The notes below the pieces were generated by a model. That model worked only from the letters and a program-made list of their open reading frames with translations, was not told where the DNA came from and searched no databases. The position numbers were made by a program, and so were the translations under genes. Shown piece after piece: positions 60,151 to 64,000 of a stretch of 64,000 nucleotides of DNA (position 1 is its first letter; each line of letters opens with the position of its first letter). Source of the DNA: Acidimicrobiia bacterium (GTDB lineage: Bacteria > Actinomycetota > Acidimicrobiia > Spongiisociales > ZC4RG35); assembly GCA_963665765.1 (NCBI GenBank), contig OY762464.1, forward strand, positions 2,601,958 through 2,665,957, in the 5' to 3' direction.

Positions 60151-60696
60151 TATGCAGCCTTTCCCGTGCTGGCCCCTTGGAGAAAGAGGCTACTCGCCCA
60201 CCGTGCCGAAGCCAGTCGGAATTGGTTGCTATGCGCTATTTGTCCCCACGGAAGGCTGGCGGGGCATACGCCGCCTCGGTGGAGGGAAAGGCCACCGTCA
60301 ATACCCAGAAGTGCCCACGGCGACCGTCAGGGTCGTAACATCCCCTGGCATCTGATTTCCCAAGAATAGCCCTATCAGGGATCGGGCGGTCGGTCGCAAC
60401 GCCGATGGGGTGGGATGGTTACAAAGACGCCTTGACGGGCAAGGTTCACGCAGGGCCTTATAGGCTAGGAACTCAGTCGGTGTCACGGCTAAGACCCAGA
60501 CGTTGTTCTTCCACCGTGGTGTCGATTCCCCGGGCTCGCTTCCACGCCAGTCTCCGTTCGAGATTCCTGGTGGTGGGTAGTCCAGCTCTAATAAGCTGCT
60601 GTTTAGCTCGCCGCGCCCGCGTCACAGCCTCTTCCATTGTCAGGACTTCCTCCGGCGGGGGTAAGACTTCTGCAGACTCCATAGCCAACTCTCCCT

Positions 60697-61105
60697 CTAC
60701 TCATTGTACCGGGGGCTGCCTTCGGGATCGGTCAGGATACATTGTCGCTCGCGAGCGAGGAACCGTTTCAGGCAGCGGATGATGTCCTTTTTGGAGAGGT
60801 CTTCGGTGGTGCGCCGAGCGACGTAGTCGATGGTGGCTGGTGGAATCGTATTCGGACTATGGCTACCCGGTATAGCGCCGCGTTGGCTTGTCGGTATCCG
60901 CCTCTGTAGAGGCAATGCCGGTTGGTCTGTCCTGATGAGGCTGGAATCGGACAGGTACCGCGCGGAGTTTGACGAATGCGGCCTCAGAACGGATCCGTTG
61001 GGGGTTGTCGCCGAACACGATGAGAAGCTCTGCTACGGAGTCGGCTCCGATGTCGTAACCGTCTCGTAGTGTTGGGGAGGCTTGGGCGGTGAGGTCATCG
61101 AGCAC
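60697..61105 (-). mobile_element. IS110-family transposase remnant (Transposase_20 region, frameshifted)
   Basis: LRDGYDIGADSVAELLIVFGDNPQRIRSEAAFVKLRAVPVRFQ matches the IS110 C-domain pattern (L.sIPGiG..tAa.Lla.iGD..rF.s...l.ayaGlaP). The adjacent frame carries …DIIRCLKRFLARE. Confidence 0.4.
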
Positions 61106-61136
61106 GGCATCATGGGAGCGGATCTCGGTGTCGAGG

Positions 61137-61290
61137 TGGAGCCTGGTTCGAGACCGCGGTCAATCAGGTCCTGGCGTCGCCAGTTGTAGATGGTCTGGTC
61201 TGACACTCCAAGGTCCTTCGACTGAGATGCAACTGACCTGCCGGTTGCCAGCAGATCCAGGGGCCTGCGACGGAACTCGGGTGGACATTT
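61137..61290 (-). mobile_element. IS3-family OrfA (HTH) remnant
   Basis: EFRRRPLDLLATGRSVASQSKDLGVSDQTIYNWRRQ matches the IS3/IS911 OrfA helix-turn-helix. Confidence 0.45.
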
Positions 61291-61803
61291 CGATACGGCA
61301 TGAAGACCCTCCTTTTCGGGGTCGGTCACACCGTCAATTCGAATAACCCGACTCCACCAAAGTGGGGGCACACCTAACCCTCCAAAAACCCGGGGGTGAT
61401 TCACGCGCATCCCCCTGACCAGGCAAAACACAAACCACCCGCCAAATTCGGGTCCGAGTTAGAAAAACTCCGGGCGAACTGGCCGTTCACCCAGCGAGTG
61501 AACCTACTCGGATGATTCAGGTTCCGTTAGGAAGCGATGGTAATAGTGGCATTGGGGGTGTTCATGTTCGCCTATGTGGTCGCAAGGATGGCACAGTGGC
61601 TTACCCGAGGTTGAACGGAGATTCGAAACCAGCGGTCGAGCCTCCGGATGGAGCTTTCATCGCGGTTAGCGCCAGCCTCTCCCATGCCTACCGCTCCCAG
61701 ATTGGTGGGGCGGTCCTGAAAAACAACTAGGCGCTGTGAGTCGGCCGTTCAGAGAGGCCGTCTCGTCATGGGGGTGTGGAAGAGTGGAAGATTGGTTTAA
61801 ATG

Positions 61804-61833
61804 GAAGGAGGCTCCTTGAGGGGAGCCTCCTTC
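61804..61833 (-). terminator. Hairpin (12-bp perfect stem GAAGGAGGCTCC/GGAGCCTCCTTC, 6-nt loop) just downstream of the SLH-protein gene stop
   Basis: Seen directly in the sequence; only a weak flanking A/T run. Confidence 0.4.
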
Positions 61834-61856
61834 TGATAGTCGAAACGTTTTTCTGT

Positions 61857-64000
61857 TTACGAAGCTTCTGTTGCAACGCGGAAGATGCTGGAACCGTCGT
61901 CGTAGGACACGACCACGATGTTGGCCTGAGTCGTCGGTTGTTCATCAAGGTTGGCACCGATCAGCTTCTCGAACGCGGCCACACCGTCGACTACCTTGTT
62001 ACCTGCAGTTGTATCCGTGTCCAGGAAGACGTCGTCCGAGTCGTAGCTGTACAACAAGCCGTCGATCAGGAACCGGTCCTCGTCACCATAGACCATATCT
62101 ATGTCAGCGGCGGGGTTGGAGCTGTCGTCCGGAGCATTTTCCACCGCCAGCACCGAGGTGGCCGTAACGGTTGGGGCACCAGTGAGGTCCTCGCCGTCGG
62201 AATCCTGGATTGCTGTGTAGGTCACCCCTACCTCGCCGCCCAAGGCCGCTTGGACAACCGTAGCACGCCAACTGGCTATGCCTCTGCTGCTGATCGTCCG
62301 ACGGGCGGGATCGTCATCATCTGCGATGGTGATCAAGACCGAGTTGCCCTTGCCGGCGGGGTTGCCGTACTGGTCGTAGAACGTCACCGTGGCACGGATG
62401 GTCACCTCGTTCTTGCTGTTCCTAAGAGCGTAGTCAGGAGTACTGCCCTCACCCTTACCCGTAGATGCCCGAGAGATAGCGACGTCGTCGGCGTTGGTGG
62501 TGGCTACGGCCGAAGCCAGCGTCGGATTGGAGTCCGTCCACACGATCGTCGCTGTCACACTCTCAGATGGATCACTCGCATCGGTGGTATCAGCTTCTCC
62601 AACAGTTCCGTCGCCGTTCGCATCGGCACTGAACTCAACCGTGTCGGTCCTGTCAACATCGGTAGCGCCCTTGGTCGACTTCGGACCACTAGTGGTGTAG
62701 GTCACCTGACCGTCGTCATCGGTCTTCATCTTTGCAGGCCCCGGATGGAGGGTATTTGCACCCTGCATCACGGTCAGACTGACTTCCACGCCAGCCTTGG
62801 CCACCGGCTCACCGTCACCGTCTACCAACTGCGCGGTGAGAGTGACATCGTCACCGGAATCAATGTCCACCGTGTTGCCATCAGTGGAGTTCTTGCTGAT
62901 GTCGGTCGTGACCTTCAGGTTCACAGCATCGGTGGTGGAAGACAACGTGACAGACACATGGGGGGACGTGTCAACATCGAAGTCGTTCTCGTCGGCGTCG
63001 GCATCGCCCATCCACGCATAGTACGTGTTCATCTTCCCGTCTTCGACGGTACCTTCCTCGTAGATGTTGCCCGAAGCGTCGGTCAGCGACTCGTCATCGG
63101 TCCACGCACACTCATCAGCCTCTTCGCAGCCGCCGTCCTCGTCGAACTCACCAACCGTGTCGCTGTCGAAGGTCTTGACGGACACATCAATCATCGGAGC
63201 GAAGCTGTCATCCCGATACGACACAGCAACAGTGGGACTGAAGTCACCGAAGTCCCAGGTTTCGGAAGCCTGGATCGTCACACCGGCCGGACGTGCGTTG
63301 GAATGATCCAACACACCAGCCATGAACTCAGCCATGACAGCCCGGGTGATCGAAATATCCGGAGCATAAGACGTATCGTTGATACCCGAAACAACACCCA
63401 ACTCCCACAACGCGGTGATCGCGTCATACGCTTCCTTGGTCGAACTCTTCAAGTCGGTGAACGGAGACTCCACCTTCTTGGTCTCGTCCACATCAGTGTC
63501 GTCGTCGTCCTCGGCAGGTTTCACATCTTCGGGGGTATACCCGAACACAGTGTCGCTGTCCTCGGCCATCGGGTCCATTTTGTCCATCAACCTGGCAACG
63601 AACAACGCCATGTGACCACGTCTCACCGCATCGCCAGGCGAATAAGTAGTCGCCGAGGTGCCCTGGGTGATCTCCAGATCGGCCAACTGATTGATGGCGG
63701 TCTGCGAATCGTCGGACAAATCACCGATGTCGGTGAAACCCGCATCATCAGGATCGGAAGCCATGTCAATGCCCACCAGACCAGCCAGACGGGTCAAAAA
63801 CAGGGCCATCTGCTCACGGGTGACCGACATCAACGGCGAATAAGTAGTCGCCGAGGTGCCCTTCGTCACTCCATAGTAGGCAATACAGTCGATGTCACCA
63901 GCGTTGGTATGACCTGCGGGAACATCGGTGAAGTCCGACGAACCCACACCCACGCACGCATCGAACGTAGCCTTATAGTCCATCTTCGGGTCGTCATCAG
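61857..64000 (-). CDS. Large secreted surface protein with three N-terminal SLH (S-layer homology) repeats and Ig-like/beta-rich C-terminal region; partial, N-terminus beyond the window end
   Basis: Repeated FTDV...A(I/Y)..L...GI..G.......P....TR.QMA.FL.R SLH motifs. The ORF stays open to the window edge. Acidic Thr/Asp/Val-rich C-terminal half. Confidence 0.7.
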   Translation of the reverse strand, partial: DDDPKMDYKATFDACVGVGSSDFTDVPAGHTNAGDIDCIAYYGVTKGTSATTYSPLMSVTREQMALFLTRLAGLVGIDMASDPDDAGFTDIGDLSDDSQTAINQLADLEITQGTSATTYSPGDAVRRGHMALFVARLMDKMDPMAEDSDTVFGYTPEDVKPAEDDDDTDVDETKKVESPFTDLKSSTKEAYDAITALWELGVVSGINDTSYAPDISITRAVMAEFMAGVLDHSNARPAGVTIQASETWDFGDFSPTVAVSYRDDSFAPMIDVSVKTFDSDTVGEFDEDGGCEEADECAWTDDESLTDASGNIYEEGTVEDGKMNTYYAWMGDADADENDFDVDTSPHVSVTLSSTTDAVNLKVTTDISKNSTDGNTVDIDSGDDVTLTAQLVDGDGEPVAKAGVEVSLTVMQGANTLHPGPAKMKTDDDGQVTYTTSGPKSTKGATDVDRTDTVEFSADANGDGTVGEADTTDASDPSESVTATIVWTDSNPTLASAVATTNADDVAISRASTGKGEGSTPDYALRNSKNEVTIRATVTFYDQYGNPAGKGNSVLITIADDDDPARRTISSRGIASWRATVVQAALGGEVGVTYTAIQDSDGEDLTGAPTVTATSVLAVENAPDDSSNPAADIDMVYGDEDRFLIDGLLYSYDSDDVFLDTDTTAGNKVVDGVAAFEKLIGANLDEQPTTQANIVVVSYDDGSSIFRVATEAS

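Noticed and set aside
60405-60782. Small ORFs between the last ATPase gene and the IS110 remnant (for example 60473-60688 minus, 71 aa)
   Set aside because: No recognisable motifs, mutually overlapping frames, inside IS debris.
61560-61680. Possible tRNA-like or att-repeat fragment (…GGAGATTCGAAACCAGC…) near the island's far edge
   Set aside because: I could not fold it into a cloverleaf or match it to the tRNA-Val 3' end by eye. Listed under checks instead.

Overview
This is a high-GC (~65-70%) bacterial chromosomal window. Its gene content looks actinobacterial (WhiB, F420 cofD/cofE, ECF sigma, an atpBEFHAGDC operon). The conserved core, in order: smc (3' part), ftsY, cdd, glyA, the complete F1Fo ATP synthase operon, qor, an ECF sigma plus an RpoD-family sigma, livHMGF, accA/pccB/birA, dienelactone hydrolase, an epimerase, cofE/cofD, a large GT2 membrane protein, pgi, whiB, tRNA-Val and a partial SLH-domain surface protein. 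Several low-GC (~50%) accessory insertions are embedded in this core. (1) An archaeal-order herA-sbcD-sbcC-nurA operon plus a DUF488-DUF488-unknown module sits between smc and ftsY. (2) A ~0.9 kb low-GC insert carries a translationally coupled orf-hicB-hicA module between the liv permease operon and its substrate-binding protein (SBP) gene. (3) The SBP gene carries a 1117-bp 100%-identical tandem duplication that predicts a two-domain SBP. (4) An IS5 remnant lies next to a DUF4143 ATPase with a long C-terminal extension. (5) A low-GC module encodes an SDH/S49 ClpP-like protease plus a small ORF. (6) The most interesting feature is a ~9 kb low-GC island immediately downstream of tRNA-Val(TAC). 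It holds three ATPase+nuclease-type gene pairs: an AAA_21 ATPase with a possible PD-(D/E)xK partner; an AbiL-like ATPase with a frameshifted DUF4276; and an AAA_15/21 ATPase with a PIN-like protein. The island also holds gene fragments and IS110/IS3 remnants, the signature of a tRNA-targeted defense island. Two further points: an ECF sigma factor is fused to a catalytically dead ArsC/LMW-PTP-like domain, and LivH carries an N-terminal periplasmic extension. No CRISPR array and no rRNA were seen.
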